Source: Candidatus Iainarchaeum sp.
GTDB taxonomy: Archaea > Iainarchaeota > Iainarchaeia > Iainarchaeales > GCA-2688035
DNA: 64,000 nt
Reading direction: 5' to 3'
Assembly: GCA_017610175.1 (NCBI GenBank)
Contig: JAFCCO010000002.1
Location: 43,319 to 107,318 of the forward strand
Below the pieces are notes generated by a model. The model saw nothing but the letters and a program-made list of their open reading frames with translations. It had not been told where the DNA came from and ran no database searches. How positions within the stretch are numbered: the first letter of the stretch is position 1; the number at the start of each line of letters is the position of its first letter. The translations under genes were made by a program, and so were the position numbers. Shown here piece by piece: positions 29,446 through 40,911 of this stretch.

Positions 29446-30723
29446 GTGGGGGGTTTTGGAATGGATGCAAAGTATGAGATGCACTTGAGTTATTTAAAAG
29501 ATCACGATTCAGCTATTTTTAACGCAATTGTTGCCGAAAAGGAAAGGCAGATGGATGGAATTGAACTGATTCCAAGCGAAAACCTTGTAAGCCAGGGAGT
29601 CCTCGAAGCAATGGGCTCTGTTCCAAACAACAAGTATTCAGAGGGATATCCCGGGAAGAGATACTACGGCGGCAACGAAATAATTGACATAATTGAAAAC
29701 CTTGCAATCGACCGCCTGAAAAAACTGTTTGGGGCAGAGCACGCAAACGTGCAGCCCAATTCAGGAAGCCCCGCAAACATGGCGGCATACTTTGCATTAA
29801 TGGAACTGGGTGACACATTTATGGGAATGAAGCTCACAGAGGGCGGACACTTAACCCATGGCCACAAGGTAAACTTTTCAGGAAAGCTCTACAAGTGCAA
29901 GCAATACGGGGTCGATAAAGAGACCGAAATGATTGACTACGACACTGTGCTCAAGCAGGCAAAGGAAATCAAGCCAAAACTCATCCTCAGTGGGTACACC
30001 GCATACCCAAGGTCAATTGACTTCAAGAGATTCAGGGAAATTTGTGACGAGGTAGGTGCTTTCTGCATGGCAGACATTGCACACATTGCAGGCCTATGTG
30101 CCGGCGGGGCACACGAAAACCCTGTTCCATACTTTGACGTTGTAACAACAACCACCCACAAGACACTGCGTGGGCCAAGAAGTGCTGTTATAATGTGCAA
30201 GGGAGAGTTTGCCGAAAAGATTGACAAGGCAGTCTTCCCAGGGCTGCAGGGCGGCCCGCACGAGCACACAATTGCCGCAAAGGCAGTTGCATTCAAGGAA
30301 GCGCAGACCCCTGAATTCAGGGACTACTCCGCACAAATTGTTAAGAACGCAAAGGCAATGGCTGAAGAGCTCATGGCCCTTGGATTAAGGCTTGTTTCAA
30401 ACGGAACAGACAACCACCTGATGCTTGTTGATGTATTCAAAAGCAAGAACTTAACAGGCAAAGAGGCGGAGCACGCCCTTGAGGTTGCCGGAATCTACTG
30501 CAACAAAAACACAATTCCGTTCGACGAAAGAACCCCGTGGGACCCAAGCGGAATCCGCATTGGAACACCTGTTCTTACAACAAGGGGGATGAAAGAGTCG
30601 GAAATGAAGGAAGTTGCGAGGTTCATTGCAAAAGCGTTGGACAATGCAAAGGACGAGGCAAAACTCAGGCAGATTAAGGCTGATATAAAGGAATTCTGCT
30701 CGGGGTTTCCGTTTTATAAATAA
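29446..30723 (+). CDS. glyA: Serine hydroxymethyltransferase
   Basis: SHMT motifs [28 protein letters not shown]; the start is likely 29461. Confidence 0.95.
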   Translation: MGGFGMDAKYEMHLSYLKDHDSAIFNAIVAEKERQMDGIELIPSENLVSQGVLEAMGSVPNNKYSEGYPGKRYYGGNEIIDIIENLAIDRLKKLFGAEHANVQPNSGSPANMAAYFALMELGDTFMGMKLTEGGHLTHGHKVNFSGKLYKCKQYGVDKETEMIDYDTVLKQAKEIKPKLILSGYTAYPRSIDFKRFREICDEVGAFCMADIAHIAGLCAGGAHENPVPYFDVVTTTTHKTLRGPRSAVIMCKGEFAEKIDKAVFPGLQGGPHEHTIAAKAVAFKEAQTPEFRDYSAQIVKNAKAMAEELMALGLRLVSNGTDNHLMLVDVFKSKNLTGKEAEHALEVAGIYCNKNTIPFDERTPWDPSGIRIGTPVLTTRGMKESEMKEVARFIAKALDNAKDEAKLRQIKADIKEFCSGFPFYK

Positions 30724-30743
30724 TTGCCAGCCCAAGATTTTAT

Positions 30744-31583
30744 ATGCCCGCAAAATTGATAGACGGAAAAGGTATTGCCGCAAAAGTCCTTGAAGCAGCT
30801 AAATCGCGAGTTTCAGGGCTTTCCTTCAAGCCAGTGCTGGCCGTTGTTTTGGTTGGGGAGGACCCTGCTTCAAAGCTTTATGTGCAGAAAAAGCAGGATG
30901 CCTGCGAAAACGTTGGCATTGAATCAAAACTTGTTTCATTCCCTGAAACAATTTCACAGCAGGATCTGATTGCAAAGATTGAGGCGCTCAATTCAGACGA
31001 AAGCGTGAACGGAATCCTTGTGCAACTCCCTTTGCCCAAAGGGCTTGACAGGAACGCGGTTCTTGAAACGGTTTCCCCCTCAAAGGATGTGGACGGATTC
31101 ACTGCCGAAAACCTTGGGCTTCTTGCTCTGGGGGTTGAGGAAATGGTTTCCTGCACTCCAAAGGGAATAATTAAGCTGATTGAGTCAACCGGAACGGACT
31201 TGAAGGGAAAGAACTGCTGCATTGTAAACCACAGCATTGTTGTGGGGAGGCCTCTTGCACAGCTTTTCCTGAACAGGAACGCAACGGTTTCAATCATCCA
31301 CCAGTTCACAAAGGACTTGTCCGAGTTCACCAAAAATGCGGACGTTGTGATTACTGCCGCAGGTGTTTCGGATTTGATTAAGGCGGACATGGTAAAAGAC
31401 GGCGCAATTGTAATTGATGCCGGAATTGCCCGCAAGAACGGAAAGCTTGTTGGGGACGTTGACTTTGAGGCTGTAAAGGAAGTTGCTTCATTCATTACAC
31501 CTGTTCCGGGCGGAGTCGGCCCAATGACCGTTGCTTGCCTGATTGACAACACAATTGTTGCCGCAGAAAATCAGCGCAGGTAA
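30744..31583 (+). CDS. folD: Methylene-THF dehydrogenase / methenyl-THF cyclohydrolase
   Basis: Bifunctional FolD motifs (ILVQLPLP, VVGRPL, GGVGPMT). Confidence 0.93.
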   Translation: MPAKLIDGKGIAAKVLEAAKSRVSGLSFKPVLAVVLVGEDPASKLYVQKKQDACENVGIESKLVSFPETISQQDLIAKIEALNSDESVNGILVQLPLPKGLDRNAVLETVSPSKDVDGFTAENLGLLALGVEEMVSCTPKGIIKLIESTGTDLKGKNCCIVNHSIVVGRPLAQLFLNRNATVSIIHQFTKDLSEFTKNADVVITAAGVSDLIKADMVKDGAIVIDAGIARKNGKLVGDVDFEAVKEVASFITPVPGGVGPMTVACLIDNTIVAAENQRR

Positions 31584-32326
31584 TTCCATTCCTTTCCCGC
31601 AAACTTTTCCCTAAGCTCTTGAGCAAGGGTTTTTTCTTCAGCCGTTAATTCCGACGGGACAAGTTTTGCTCCGAATGTTTTTTTAAAGCCCGCAGCCATT
31701 GCGTCCTCCATGTCCCTGAAGCTGTACTGCCTCTTTGTTTCAAACTCAAGGGATGTTACGCGCTGCTTTACACTCTCAATAATCTTTCCCTTCATTTTTT
31801 CATCTGGGACCTTTAGCAGTGAAAACATCTTGTCAACCCCTACCTCTAACAGAAGCGTTCCGTGCTGCAGAATGTTTCCGCCCCTTCTTGTCTGCGCGTT
31901 TCCGCTAATTTTTTTCCCGTTAACAATTATGTCGTTCAGCGGCACAAAGTCTGCCTTAACATTAAGCTCGTTCAATCCCGCAACAATTGCCCCGCAAATC
32001 TTTCCATAGCTTTCAAGGATATTTTTTGAAACAAGCTTGCTTTCCTCGCTGCAAACAAAGCTGTATGTAAGCTCTTTTTCGTGAAAAACCGCTCCCCCTC
32101 CGGTAATTCTTCTCACAACATCGCAGTCAAGCTCTTTTGCCTTCTCCAAATCAACTTCCTCGTTGATTCCCTGGAAATACCCGATGCTTACCGCATGCGG
32201 TTTCCAGCCGTAAAAGCGAACAACAGGCTTGTCCCCGTTTTTGTGAAGCCTCATTATTGCCTCATCTGTAGCCATGTTTGTTGCGGCATCGGAAAAACCA
32301 GTGCAAAGCAGCCTAAATTCATTCAT
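31571..32326 (-). CDS. lplA: Lipoate-protein ligase A, catalytic N-terminal subunit (split form)
   Basis: BPL/LPL catalytic-domain motifs (RRITGGGAVFHE); 251 aa. Confidence 0.85.
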   Translation of the reverse strand: MNEFRLLCTGFSDAATNMATDEAIMRLHKNGDKPVVRFYGWKPHAVSIGYFQGINEEVDLEKAKELDCDVVRRITGGGAVFHEKELTYSFVCSEESKLVSKNILESYGKICGAIVAGLNELNVKADFVPLNDIIVNGKKISGNAQTRRGGNILQHGTLLLEVGVDKMFSLLKVPDEKMKGKIIESVKQRVTSLEFETKRQYSFRDMEDAMAAGFKKTFGAKLVPSELTAEEKTLAQELREKFAGKEWNYLR

Positions 32327-32607
32327 TTTGCGTTCTCTCCCGCTATTTTTATGGCTTGGGCAAGTGCTTTTGTATTTAACCCAAACATTTCAATGGAATT
32401 TGCCTCAATTGCCTGGGCAATCACTGCCTCAAGCTCTTTTCCCATTTGTGCGCCCTCAAGTGCCTTTTCAATTGCCTCAATTCCGTCTTCCGGGTGCATA
32501 AAGAAATCGCCGTGAATTTTCACCGAACTGATTTTATCGCTTTCCAGCTCAAGTGAAAGCCTTACAAGTTTGCCGTCAGGCACCTTATATATTGCTTCTC
32601 CCTTCAT
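32323..32607 (-). CDS. Lipoate-protein ligase C-terminal accessory subunit (LplB-like)
   Basis: 94 aa, overlaps the lplA start by 4 nt; the arrangement matches the known split LplA of Thermoplasma. Confidence 0.65.
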   Translation of the reverse strand: MKGEAIYKVPDGKLVRLSLELESDKISSVKIHGDFFMHPEDGIEAIEKALEGAQMGKELEAVIAQAIEANSIEMFGLNTKALAQAIKIAGENAK

Positions 32608-33460
32608 AAAACTCCCCTGCTAAATAACTGCTTCTGACCAGCGGCCCTGAGGCTACAAAGCCAAACTCCTTTTCAAGCCCGATATGCTTCAACTCCTCAA
32701 ACACACTGGGTTTAACATATTCCTGAACCAAAATGTTTTTCTTTGTAGGCTGTAGGTACTGCCCAATGGTTAGAAAGTCGCATTTTACACCCCTCAAATC
32801 ATCCATTGCGGCAAGAACCTCCTCCCTTGATTCGCCCAATCCAAGCATTAGCCCGCTTTTTGTTTTCATTTCAGGGTCAAGCACCTTAATATTATGTAGA
32901 AGCCCAAGGCTTTGTTTGTATGAGGCCCGTGCATCCCGCACACTGCTCTGCAATCTTTCAACTACTTCAATATTGTGTGCAATAACTTCGGGGTTTGCAT
33001 CAACAACTTTCTTGAGGCAATCAATTTTACCCTGAAAATCGGGAATCAGAACCTCCACTTTAATTCCCCTTGCCTTAACTTCCTTAATGCACTCTGCAAA
33101 ATGCCCTGCCCCCAAATCACTCAAGTCATCCCTGTCCACTGAAGTAATGACCACATACTTCAGCCCCATTTGTTCGGCGGCATCTGCAATCTTTGCAGGC
33201 TCTTTTCTGTCAAGCGGTTCCCCGTTCTTTCCGGACTGCACCGCGCAAAAAAGGCAGTTTCTTGTGCACACTTTTCCCATTGCGATGAATGTTGCGGTTC
33301 CGTGCTTCCAGCACTCACCTCTGTTTGGGCAGCGTGCTTCGCTGCACACTGTATTGAGTGCGTTTCCCTTTAGCTGTGTCGCAACCAGCGAGGTTTTTCC
33401 GCCGGAGGGAATAATTGCCCTGAGCCAGTCAGGTTTTCTCGCCTGCAATGCACCCACCAA
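32585..33460 (-). CDS. lipA: Lipoyl synthase (radical SAM)
   Basis: CxxxCxxC (CTRNCLFC) plus an N-terminal auxiliary-cluster Cys motif (CSEARCPNRGECW). Confidence 0.9.
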   Translation of the reverse strand: MVGALQARKPDWLRAIIPSGGKTSLVATQLKGNALNTVCSEARCPNRGECWKHGTATFIAMGKVCTRNCLFCAVQSGKNGEPLDRKEPAKIADAAEQMGLKYVVITSVDRDDLSDLGAGHFAECIKEVKARGIKVEVLIPDFQGKIDCLKKVVDANPEVIAHNIEVVERLQSSVRDARASYKQSLGLLHNIKVLDPEMKTKSGLMLGLGESREEVLAAMDDLRGVKCDFLTIGQYLQPTKKNILVQEYVKPSVFEELKHIGLEKEFGFVASGPLVRSSYLAGEFYEGRSNI

Positions 33461-34799
33461 TTCCTTTTAGGAATCCCTTGAATTCACAGTATTTGTTTGC
33501 AATGGTTTCAAACTTTTCCTGCTTGTCAAAAACAGCCCTAATGCAGTCGGCCGGCTCCGGATCTTTTCCGGTGATTTTTTTCACGGTTTCCGGGAACTTG
33601 CTTGGGTGTGCGGTTTCAATTGAAACATTCAGCCCTGAATCGTTTTCCTTCAGAAATTTCTGCAGGCCGTTCCACGCAACAGCTCCGTGCGGCTCCAAAA
33701 GCAATTTGGACTTGAAGGCTTCCTTCATTGTTTCAATTGTTTCATCATCCGAAACGCTAAGTGAGTAAATGTCATTGTTCATCGAGGTTATCTTTGGAAC
33801 CCCCTCTAGCTTTCCTGTTTCATCCATCCAGCCGTGGTAGAGGTTTACAATGCGTGTAAGGTTGCTTGGGTGCCCCACGTTCATGCTGTTGGAGAGGCAG
33901 TTCTTTGAGGGAACAACCTTTTCATAGAATCCGCGCTCCAAAAATCTTGGGAACTCATCGTTTTCGTTTGTTGCAATAACAAACTTTTTCACAGGCAGGC
34001 CCATTCTCTTTGCAATAATTCCCGCACATGAATTTCCCAAATTTCCGCTCGGGACCGAGAACACAATTTCGTCCCCTGCGTTCTGCGCAAGCTTTGCGTA
34101 CGCGTAAAAGTAATACACACTTTGCGGAAGCAGTCTCCCTATATTAATGCTGTTTGCCGAGCTAAGTTTCATGTCCTCAAGCTCTGCATCTGAAAAAGCC
34201 TCCTTCACAATTGCCTGGCAGTCGTCAAACTTTCCCTGCACAGCCAGCGCCGTTATATTTTCCCCAAGCGTGGTCATCTGCTTTCTCTGCAGCTGGCTAA
34301 CCTCTTTCTCCGGGAAGAGCACAACGACGTTAATATTTTCCATCTTGTGGAATGCGTTTGCCACAGCGCTTCCTGTGTCACCGCTTGTTGCCACAAGAAT
34401 GTTTGCGTGCTCTTTTTTCTGCTTAAGGGTATAATCCATTAATCTGGCCATTAGCCTTGCCGCAAAGTCCTTGAATGAGGCGGTTGGACCGCGGTCAAGA
34501 CGCATTACATAGTTTCCGTCTGAAACTTTTTCAAGCGGAACCTCAAAATTGTATGCCTGCTCGCACATTTCCTTGAGCTTGTCCTCAGGAATGTCTCCTT
34601 CAAGAAGCCTTTTCATTACTTCGAAAGCAATTTCGGCGTAAGTTTTTCCCTTCCAGGAAATAATCTCTTCCGCACTTACATTGGGAAAGTTTTCAGGCAG
34701 GTAAAGTCCCCTGTCCGGTGCAATTCCGTGAAGAAGCGCCTCGTCAAAGGAAACCATTTCGGATTTCCTGTTTGTGCTGTAGTACTTCATTCCTTCCAC
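33429..34799 (-). CDS. thrC: Threonine synthase (long form)
   Basis: PLP-lysine region PTASFKD, N-terminal ThrC domain, GSAVANA; the start is probably 34790. Confidence 0.88.
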   Translation of the reverse strand: MEGMKYYSTNRKSEMVSFDEALLHGIAPDRGLYLPENFPNVSAEEIISWKGKTYAEIAFEVMKRLLEGDIPEDKLKEMCEQAYNFEVPLEKVSDGNYVMRLDRGPTASFKDFAARLMARLMDYTLKQKKEHANILVATSGDTGSAVANAFHKMENINVVVLFPEKEVSQLQRKQMTTLGENITALAVQGKFDDCQAIVKEAFSDAELEDMKLSSANSINIGRLLPQSVYYFYAYAKLAQNAGDEIVFSVPSGNLGNSCAGIIAKRMGLPVKKFVIATNENDEFPRFLERGFYEKVVPSKNCLSNSMNVGHPSNLTRIVNLYHGWMDETGKLEGVPKITSMNNDIYSLSVSDDETIETMKEAFKSKLLLEPHGAVAWNGLQKFLKENDSGLNVSIETAHPSKFPETVKKITGKDPEPADCIRAVFDKQEKFETIANKYCEFKGFLKGIGGCIAGEKT

Positions 34800-36118
34800 C
34801 TCAAATTCGGCTCTCTGGCTGCCTTTACAGCATCAAGCCTTTTTACAGGCATTGAGTGTGGTGCTTCCTTTACAAGCTCAGGCTGCTTCTCTGCCTCTTG
34901 CTTAATAGTAATCATTATGTCAACGAAGTTGTTAAGTGTTTCTCTGGTTTCGGTTTCAGTTGGCTCAATCATTATTGCACCCTTCACAATCAGCGGGAAG
35001 TAAACCGTTGGCGGATGCACCCCGTAATCCAGAAGCCTTTTTGCGACATCGTTTGTTGTAACCCCGTTTGCAAGCCCTTCGTCGCTCAAAACAAACTCGT
35101 GCTGGCAAACCCTGTCAAATGCAAGCTTGTAATGGGGCTTAAGTTTTTCTTTCAAATAGTTTGCATTAAGCACGGCCACCTCTGCAACTTCCCGCAAACC
35201 AACAGCCCCCAGTGCCTTAATGTAAGTGAATGCTTTCACCATGACCCCAAAGTTTCCGTAGAACGAGCGAACCTTTCCAATTGACTTTTTCCCCTTGGAA
35301 TTGAACTCATAGTTCTCGCCGTTCTTTTCAATAAGTGGAACAGGCAGAAAGTCCACAAGCTCTTCCACAACCCCAACCGGCCCTGAGCCTGGGCCGCCCC
35401 CGCCGTGCGGAGTTGAAAAGGTCTTGTGCAGGTTCAAATGCATTATGTCAATTCCAAGCTCGCGGGGCCTGCAAATCCCAAGCATTGCATTCATGTTTGC
35501 ACCGTCCCCGTAAACAAGCCCGCCCTTTGAGTGGACAATTTCACATACTTTCTCAATGTTTGTGTCAAACAGCCCAAGTGTGTTTGGGTTTGTAATCATT
35601 ATTCCCGCAATCTTTTCATCCATCTTCTCCCTTAAATCCGCAAGGTCAACGTTTCCCTCCGAGTCTGACTTCAATTCTACGGCCTGGAAACCGCAGAGTG
35701 ACACGCTTGCGGGGTTTGTTCCGTGTGCTGAATCCGGCACAAGAATTTTTTCGCGCTGCTCTCCTTTTTCTTGGAAGTGCGCCCGCATAATCATTATTCC
35801 GGTCAGTTCCCCCTGTGCCCCTGCCGCCGGCTGCAGGCTGAATCTTGCAAACCCGGTAATTTCGCAGAGCATTTTCTCCAGCTTGTACATCAGCTGCATT
35901 GCTCCCTGCACGGTTTTGGCCGGCTGAAGTGGGTGAATTCCTGTAAAGCCATCAAGCCTTGCGGTGTCCTCGCAAACCTTTGGGTTATACTTCATGGTAC
36001 AGCTTCCAAGCGGATAAAATCCAAGGTCTACCCCGAAGTTTCGCCTGCTTAAAGCGGTGTAGTGCCTTACAACCTCTACCTCGCTCAAATCCATTCCCTT
36101 GTCAAATATTGTTTTCAT
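34787..36118 (-). CDS. gcvPB: Glycine dehydrogenase (decarboxylating) subunit 2
   Basis: P-protein C-terminal half with the PLP-lysine region ([19 protein letters not shown]). Confidence 0.95.
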   Translation of the reverse strand: MKTIFDKGMDLSEVEVVRHYTALSRRNFGVDLGFYPLGSCTMKYNPKVCEDTARLDGFTGIHPLQPAKTVQGAMQLMYKLEKMLCEITGFARFSLQPAAGAQGELTGIMIMRAHFQEKGEQREKILVPDSAHGTNPASVSLCGFQAVELKSDSEGNVDLADLREKMDEKIAGIMITNPNTLGLFDTNIEKVCEIVHSKGGLVYGDGANMNAMLGICRPRELGIDIMHLNLHKTFSTPHGGGGPGSGPVGVVEELVDFLPVPLIEKNGENYEFNSKGKKSIGKVRSFYGNFGVMVKAFTYIKALGAVGLREVAEVAVLNANYLKEKLKPHYKLAFDRVCQHEFVLSDEGLANGVTTNDVAKRLLDYGVHPPTVYFPLIVKGAIMIEPTETETRETLNNFVDIMITIKQEAEKQPELVKEAPHSMPVKRLDAVKAAREPNLRWKE

Positions 36119-37411
36119 TCACCCACCAATTGCCTCAATCAATTCGTCAATTTCTTTCATTGAATTCATTTCGGTAACCGCCACAAGCAGTTTGTTTTCC
36201 GAGAGGCTGTGCCCGAACACAATTCCTTTCTCAAGCAGCTTAGCCTGCAGTTCCTTTGCATTTTCCTTTTTCACAACAAATTCGTTGAAGAATTCCTTTC
36301 CGTAAGGAAGCTCAAACCCTTTTGCTTCAAGCTTTTCAGCGAGATACTCCGCATTCTGATGGTTTTGCTCTGCAATTTCCTTCAGCCCCTTCCACCCCAC
36401 TGTTGAAAGGTAAACTGTTGAGGCAAGAGCGCAAAGCGCCTGGTTGCTGCAGATGTTGCTTCCTGCTTTTGCTCTCCTGATGTGCTGTTCCCTTGCCTGC
36501 ATTGTAAGAATAAACCCGTCTTTTCCATCGCTGTCTGTTGTTTTTCCAACCAGCCTTCCGGGAATTTGCCTCACAAGCTTTTCCCTGCATGCAATTACTC
36601 CCGGGTGCGGCCCCCCAAAGCTCATTGGGTTTCCAAAACTCTGCGCTTCCATTGCAACAATGTCGGCACCGTACCCTGCGGGCTTTTCAATCGATGCAAG
36701 CGAAAGCGCTTCTGCTATTGCAACCACCAAAAGTGCGCCTTTCTCATGCACTTTTTTTCCCAACTCATTAAGCTTTTGAACGCGGCCCAAAAAGTCTGGA
36801 TTCTGCACAATCACGCAGGCCGTTTCCTCATCAACGGCTTTCCCTGTTTCTTCAATCGCAACCTCTTTCAGTTCAAGGCTGTTTGCGTTTGCATAGGTTT
36901 TCAGAACGGCAAGGTATTCAGGGTTCAGTGCGCCTGCAACCACCATTTTTTTTCTTCTCGTTGCGGTCTTTGCCATCAGCATTGCTTCCGCGCACGCGCT
37001 TGCCCCGTCGTACATGCTTGCATTTGCAATATCCATTCCGGTCAGCAGGCATATGTGGCTTTGCCACTCGTATATTGCCTGCAGCATTCCCTGGCTCATT
37101 TCAGGCTGGTAAGGTGTGTAAGCTGTATAGAATTCACTCCTCCCCACAATGGCTCCCACTGTTGCCGGAATGAAGTGGTTGTAGCATCCCGCCCCCAAAA
37201 AGAGCTTTAGCTGCTTTGCGTTTTTGTTTTTGGATGCAAGTTCCTCAATTTCCTGCCTAAGCTGCATTTCGCTTAACGGCTTTCCAAGGTTTAGGTCCTG
37301 CTTCAGCTTTTTTTTTGCGGGAACATCTTTAAACAGTTCCTCAAAGGAGGAAACTCCCGCTTCTTTAAGCATCTCTTTCTTTTCAGATTCGCTGTGTGGA
37401 ATGAATTTCAT
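36119..37411 (-). CDS. gcvPA: Glycine dehydrogenase (decarboxylating) subunit 1
   Basis: P-protein N-terminal half. Confidence 0.95.
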   Translation of the reverse strand: MKFIPHSESEKKEMLKEAGVSSFEELFKDVPAKKKLKQDLNLGKPLSEMQLRQEIEELASKNKNAKQLKLFLGAGCYNHFIPATVGAIVGRSEFYTAYTPYQPEMSQGMLQAIYEWQSHICLLTGMDIANASMYDGASACAEAMLMAKTATRRKKMVVAGALNPEYLAVLKTYANANSLELKEVAIEETGKAVDEETACVIVQNPDFLGRVQKLNELGKKVHEKGALLVVAIAEALSLASIEKPAGYGADIVAMEAQSFGNPMSFGGPHPGVIACREKLVRQIPGRLVGKTTDSDGKDGFILTMQAREQHIRRAKAGSNICSNQALCALASTVYLSTVGWKGLKEIAEQNHQNAEYLAEKLEAKGFELPYGKEFFNEFVVKKENAKELQAKLLEKGIVFGHSLSENKLLVAVTEMNSMKEIDELIEAIGG

Positions 37412-37420
37412 TGGTTTCGC

Positions 37421-37807
37421 CTAGTGTTCCAAGCTGTCAACGTACTCTGTGTATTCCTTTGCTTCAATTAACTGTTCCACTTCGCTTTTGTCCTTTATTT
37501 TGATTTTTGCAATCCACGCGTTGAAGGGTGAGTTGTTTAATTTTTCAGGCTGTGCCTCAAGCTTGCTGTTTGCCTCAACAACCTCGCCCGAAAGCGGTGC
37601 AAAAACATCAGTCACGCTTTTCACGCTTTCAAGAACGCAGAGCTGCTTGTCCTTTTCAACCTGCTTTCCAACTTCCGGAAGCTCTACAAAAACTATGTCG
37701 GTTAGGGCGTGTTGTGCATAATCGGTTATTCCGACTGTGGCAATGTCCCCATCAATCTTAATCCATTCGTGCTCTTTTGTGTATTTCCTGTCCGCAGGGT
37801 TTTCCAT
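37421..37807 (-). CDS. gcvH: Glycine cleavage system H protein
   Basis: Lipoyl-lysine motif LESVKSV. Confidence 0.9.
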   Translation of the reverse strand: MENPADRKYTKEHEWIKIDGDIATVGITDYAQHALTDIVFVELPEVGKQVEKDKQLCVLESVKSVTDVFAPLSGEVVEANSKLEAQPEKLNNSPFNAWIAKIKIKDKSEVEQLIEAKEYTEYVDSLEH

Positions 37808-37809
37808 TT

Positions 37810-38913
37810 TTACTCCCTCCTGTAGAAAGGCCTTTTCACAACCTTGGCCTTGAATTTATTTCCCCTCACCTCAACCTCAATGCCCTGTCCTGGCTCTGAG
37901 AATTCGGCTCCAATATAACCAAGCCCTATGTTCTTTTTAAGGCTTGGTGAAAAGCTTCCTGAGGTAACAATTCCGCTTTCTTTCCCTTCAACAAAAATTT
38001 TGCATCCGTCCCTTGCAATCGCCCGCTCAACCATTTCAAACGCAATCAGCTTGCCCCCAAAGCCATCCGCTTTCTGCTTTTCAAGCGCTTTCTTCCCAAT
38101 AAATTCTTCCTTTTCAAAGTCAACAGCCCAACCATAACCGCTCTGCAGCGGACTCTTTTTTTCACTCAATTCGTGCCCGTAAAGCGCCATGCAGCACTCC
38201 AGCCTCAGCGTGTCCCTTGAAGCAAGGCCGCAGGGCTGCAGTTCAAATTTCTTTCCTGCCTCAAGCAATGCATTCCACAATTCAACGGCCTTTTCCTCTG
38301 CAAAATACAGTTCAAACCCGTCTTCGCCCGTGTATCCGGAGCGCGACACAATTGACTCAATTCCCGCAATGCTTGCTTCAACAAAATTGTAGCGTTCAAT
38401 CCCGCTTAGTTTGAATTCAGTTAATTTTTGCAATATTTTCTCCGCGTTCGGCCCCTGCAGGTCAAGCTTTGCGGTTTTCCCGCTTTTGTTTTCAATTGCA
38501 CAATCCATGCCTGCGGCGTGCTTTTCAATCCAGTTCAAATCGTTTTGCATTGTGCCCGCGTTAACTACAATCAAGTACTTTTCTTCGCTGAACCTGTAAA
38601 CAATCAAATCATCAATTATCCCGCCGGCTTCATTGCACATCACGCCCAAAGCCATTCCGCCGTCCCTTAACTTTGAGCAATCCCTTGTCACAAGCAGTTG
38701 AATAAGTTTAAGTGCTTCCTTCCCTGTTACAAAGATTTCGCCCATGTGACTTACGTCAAACAGCCCAGCCTTTCCGCGCACGGCAAGGTGTTCCTTTAAG
38801 GGGGTAGAATAGTACACAGGCATTTCCCAGCCTGCAAAATCAACAATTTTGGCTCCGAGCCTCTGGTGCTCTTCGAACAAAGCGGTTTTTTGCCCCACAT
38901 CAAAGAGATACAC
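37810..38913 (-). CDS. gcvT: Glycine cleavage system T protein (aminomethyltransferase)
   Basis: N-terminus LFEEHQRLGAKIVDFAGWEMP. Confidence 0.9.
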   Translation of the reverse strand: MYLFDVGQKTALFEEHQRLGAKIVDFAGWEMPVYYSTPLKEHLAVRGKAGLFDVSHMGEIFVTGKEALKLIQLLVTRDCSKLRDGGMALGVMCNEAGGIIDDLIVYRFSEEKYLIVVNAGTMQNDLNWIEKHAAGMDCAIENKSGKTAKLDLQGPNAEKILQKLTEFKLSGIERYNFVEASIAGIESIVSRSGYTGEDGFELYFAEEKAVELWNALLEAGKKFELQPCGLASRDTLRLECCMALYGHELSEKKSPLQSGYGWAVDFEKEEFIGKKALEKQKADGFGGKLIAFEMVERAIARDGCKIFVEGKESGIVTSGSFSPSLKKNIGLGYIGAEFSEPGQGIEVEVRGNKFKAKVVKRPFYRRE

Positions 38914-38963
38914 CCAAGCTTTTTAATCCCTTTTGTCTTATTTGTGTTTATTGGGGGATTTGG

Positions 38964-40574
38964 TTGGTTGACTTAGTTCCAATTATCTTTGGAGTTGTAG
39001 GGGGATTAGCCCTTTTTCTTTACGGGATAACCCTGCTTAGCAATGGATTGCAGAAAGCTGCAGGCGAAAGGCTCCGTGGTTTAATTGAAAAGCTTACAAA
39101 CAACCGCTTAAAGGCGGTTGGGGTTGGGGCGGTTGTTACCGCAATTGTTCAGAGCAGCAGCATTACAACAGTTACCCTTGTTGGCCTCATTAATGCGGGC
39201 TTAATTTCCTTAACGCAGGCAATTCCCATCATTATGGGTGCAAACATCGGTACAACGGTTACCGCGCAGCTGATTGCGTTCAAACTTGGCGGCTTTGCCC
39301 TGCCAATAATCGCAATCGGGTTCCTGATTACAACAATTGCCAAGAAACCGTCCTACAAGTATCTTGGGCAGATAATTCTTGGCTTTGGATTGCTTTTCCT
39401 CGGAATGTCCACAATGAGCTCCGGCATGAAACCATTGAGAAGCGACCCAATGATGCTTGATTTCCTGCAGTCCCTTGGAGCAGTTCCGCTATTTGGAATT
39501 GCAGCTGGGGCAATCTTTACTGCAATACTCCAAAGCAGCAGTGCAACATCGGGTTTGGTGATTGCAATGGCTTCAGAGCAATTGCTTGACCTCAACGGAG
39601 CAGTTGCATTAATAATCGGTGCAAATATCGGAACCTGCATCACAATTTTGTTTGCCTCATTTGGCGCAAGCCTCACAAGCAAGAGGGCTGCGCTGAGCCA
39701 CATTATTTTCAACATTCTTGGCGCCGCAATTTTCTTTGCAGTTTTCGCGCCCTTTGTTTCGCTTGTTTCGCTCACCGCAACAGAGCTTCCAAGGCAGATT
39801 GCAAACGCGCACATGATTTTCAACATTTCCGCAACAGTCCTAATGGTTCCGTTTGTTGGCCTGTTTGTTAAGGCGGTCACAACAATTCTTCCCGGAAAGG
39901 AGATTAGGATTGATTCGGGAATTAGGTTCCTTGACAAGCGCACACTCAACACGCCTGCAATTGCACTGGGGCAGGCGGAGAAGGAGGCAAAGCGCATGGG
40001 AAAGCTTGCCCTGTCCACCCTTGAAGACAGCTTTGTTGCATTCAAGAACAATGATTTGCGGATGGTTAAGGTTGTGGAGAAAAAAGAGGACGCGGTTGAT
40101 GAGTTGGACAACGCAATCGAGGCATTTTTAACAAAGGTTACCCAAAAGGAACTAAGCCGCGAGCAGTCAAAGAAAACGTCCGCGCTGGTTCACTCAATTT
40201 CCGACATGGAGAGAATCTCTGACCACGCAAACAACATTGGCGAGCTCTCTGAACTGAAAACCTGTGAAAAAATTGTGTTCTCCAAACAGGCAATGTGTGA
40301 GCTTGAAGAGCTTTTTGCAAAAAGCTTTGATTCCTACCGCAAGGCTTTAAGTGTAATGGTTTCAAAGAACCCCCATGTTGCGGAACAGGTGTTTGCGCTT
40401 GAGCGCGAAATAGACGGGTTGACCGCACAATTTGAGCAAAACCACTTTGACAGGCTGAAGAACAGCAAGTGTGACCCAAAGGCAAGTGTTGTGTTTGCGG
40501 AAATGCTTCGCAATCTTGAAAGAATTTCCGATCACGCGCACAATATTGCAATGGCAAGCAGTCAGGGATTTTAA
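38964..40574 (+). CDS. Na+/phosphate symporter (NptA family) with a C-terminal PhoU-like domain
   Basis: Duplicated Na/Pi cotransporter repeats (VQSSSITT, LQSSSATS) followed by a PhoU-like helical domain. Confidence 0.85.
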   Translation: MVDLVPIIFGVVGGLALFLYGITLLSNGLQKAAGERLRGLIEKLTNNRLKAVGVGAVVTAIVQSSSITTVTLVGLINAGLISLTQAIPIIMGANIGTTVTAQLIAFKLGGFALPIIAIGFLITTIAKKPSYKYLGQIILGFGLLFLGMSTMSSGMKPLRSDPMMLDFLQSLGAVPLFGIAAGAIFTAILQSSSATSGLVIAMASEQLLDLNGAVALIIGANIGTCITILFASFGASLTSKRAALSHIIFNILGAAIFFAVFAPFVSLVSLTATELPRQIANAHMIFNISATVLMVPFVGLFVKAVTTILPGKEIRIDSGIRFLDKRTLNTPAIALGQAEKEAKRMGKLALSTLEDSFVAFKNNDLRMVKVVEKKEDAVDELDNAIEAFLTKVTQKELSREQSKKTSALVHSISDMERISDHANNIGELSELKTCEKIVFSKQAMCELEELFAKSFDSYRKALSVMVSKNPHVAEQVFALEREIDGLTAQFEQNHFDRLKNSKCDPKASVVFAEMLRNLERISDHAHNIAMASSQGF

Positions 40575-40837
40575 GCGCTTTCCTGGACGGCCTTCTCAAT
40601 CTTTTCCCTGTCAAAACCCTCTACAATTGAGCCGTTTATGTCGAGGACTGGAAAGCTTACTTCAGTGCTTCCCTCTGTTCTAACGCTTCTTCGCTTTTCA
40701 ATCATTTCCCTTGCCTTTGACTTGTCGGCCATTACATCAAATTCCTCGAATTCAACGTTCAGTCTCTTCAGCAAGGCCTTTGCGGCGCGGCATTTTGCGC
40801 AGTTTGGCATTGAATAAACAATTACTCCCATAATCAA
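40571..40837 (-). CDS. Glutaredoxin-like protein (thioredoxin fold, CxxC)
   Basis: CAKC active-site motif; 88 aa. Confidence 0.7.
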   Translation of the reverse strand: MIMGVIVYSMPNCAKCRAAKALLKRLNVEFEEFDVMADKSKAREMIEKRRSVRTEGSTEVSFPVLDINGSIVEGFDREKIEKAVQESA

Positions 40838-40911
40838 TCCCCCTTTTGAGAAAACAAAACACCGAAACGAATTTATAGGTTACACAGTTTTCATTCTATT
40901 GGTGGGTCCAA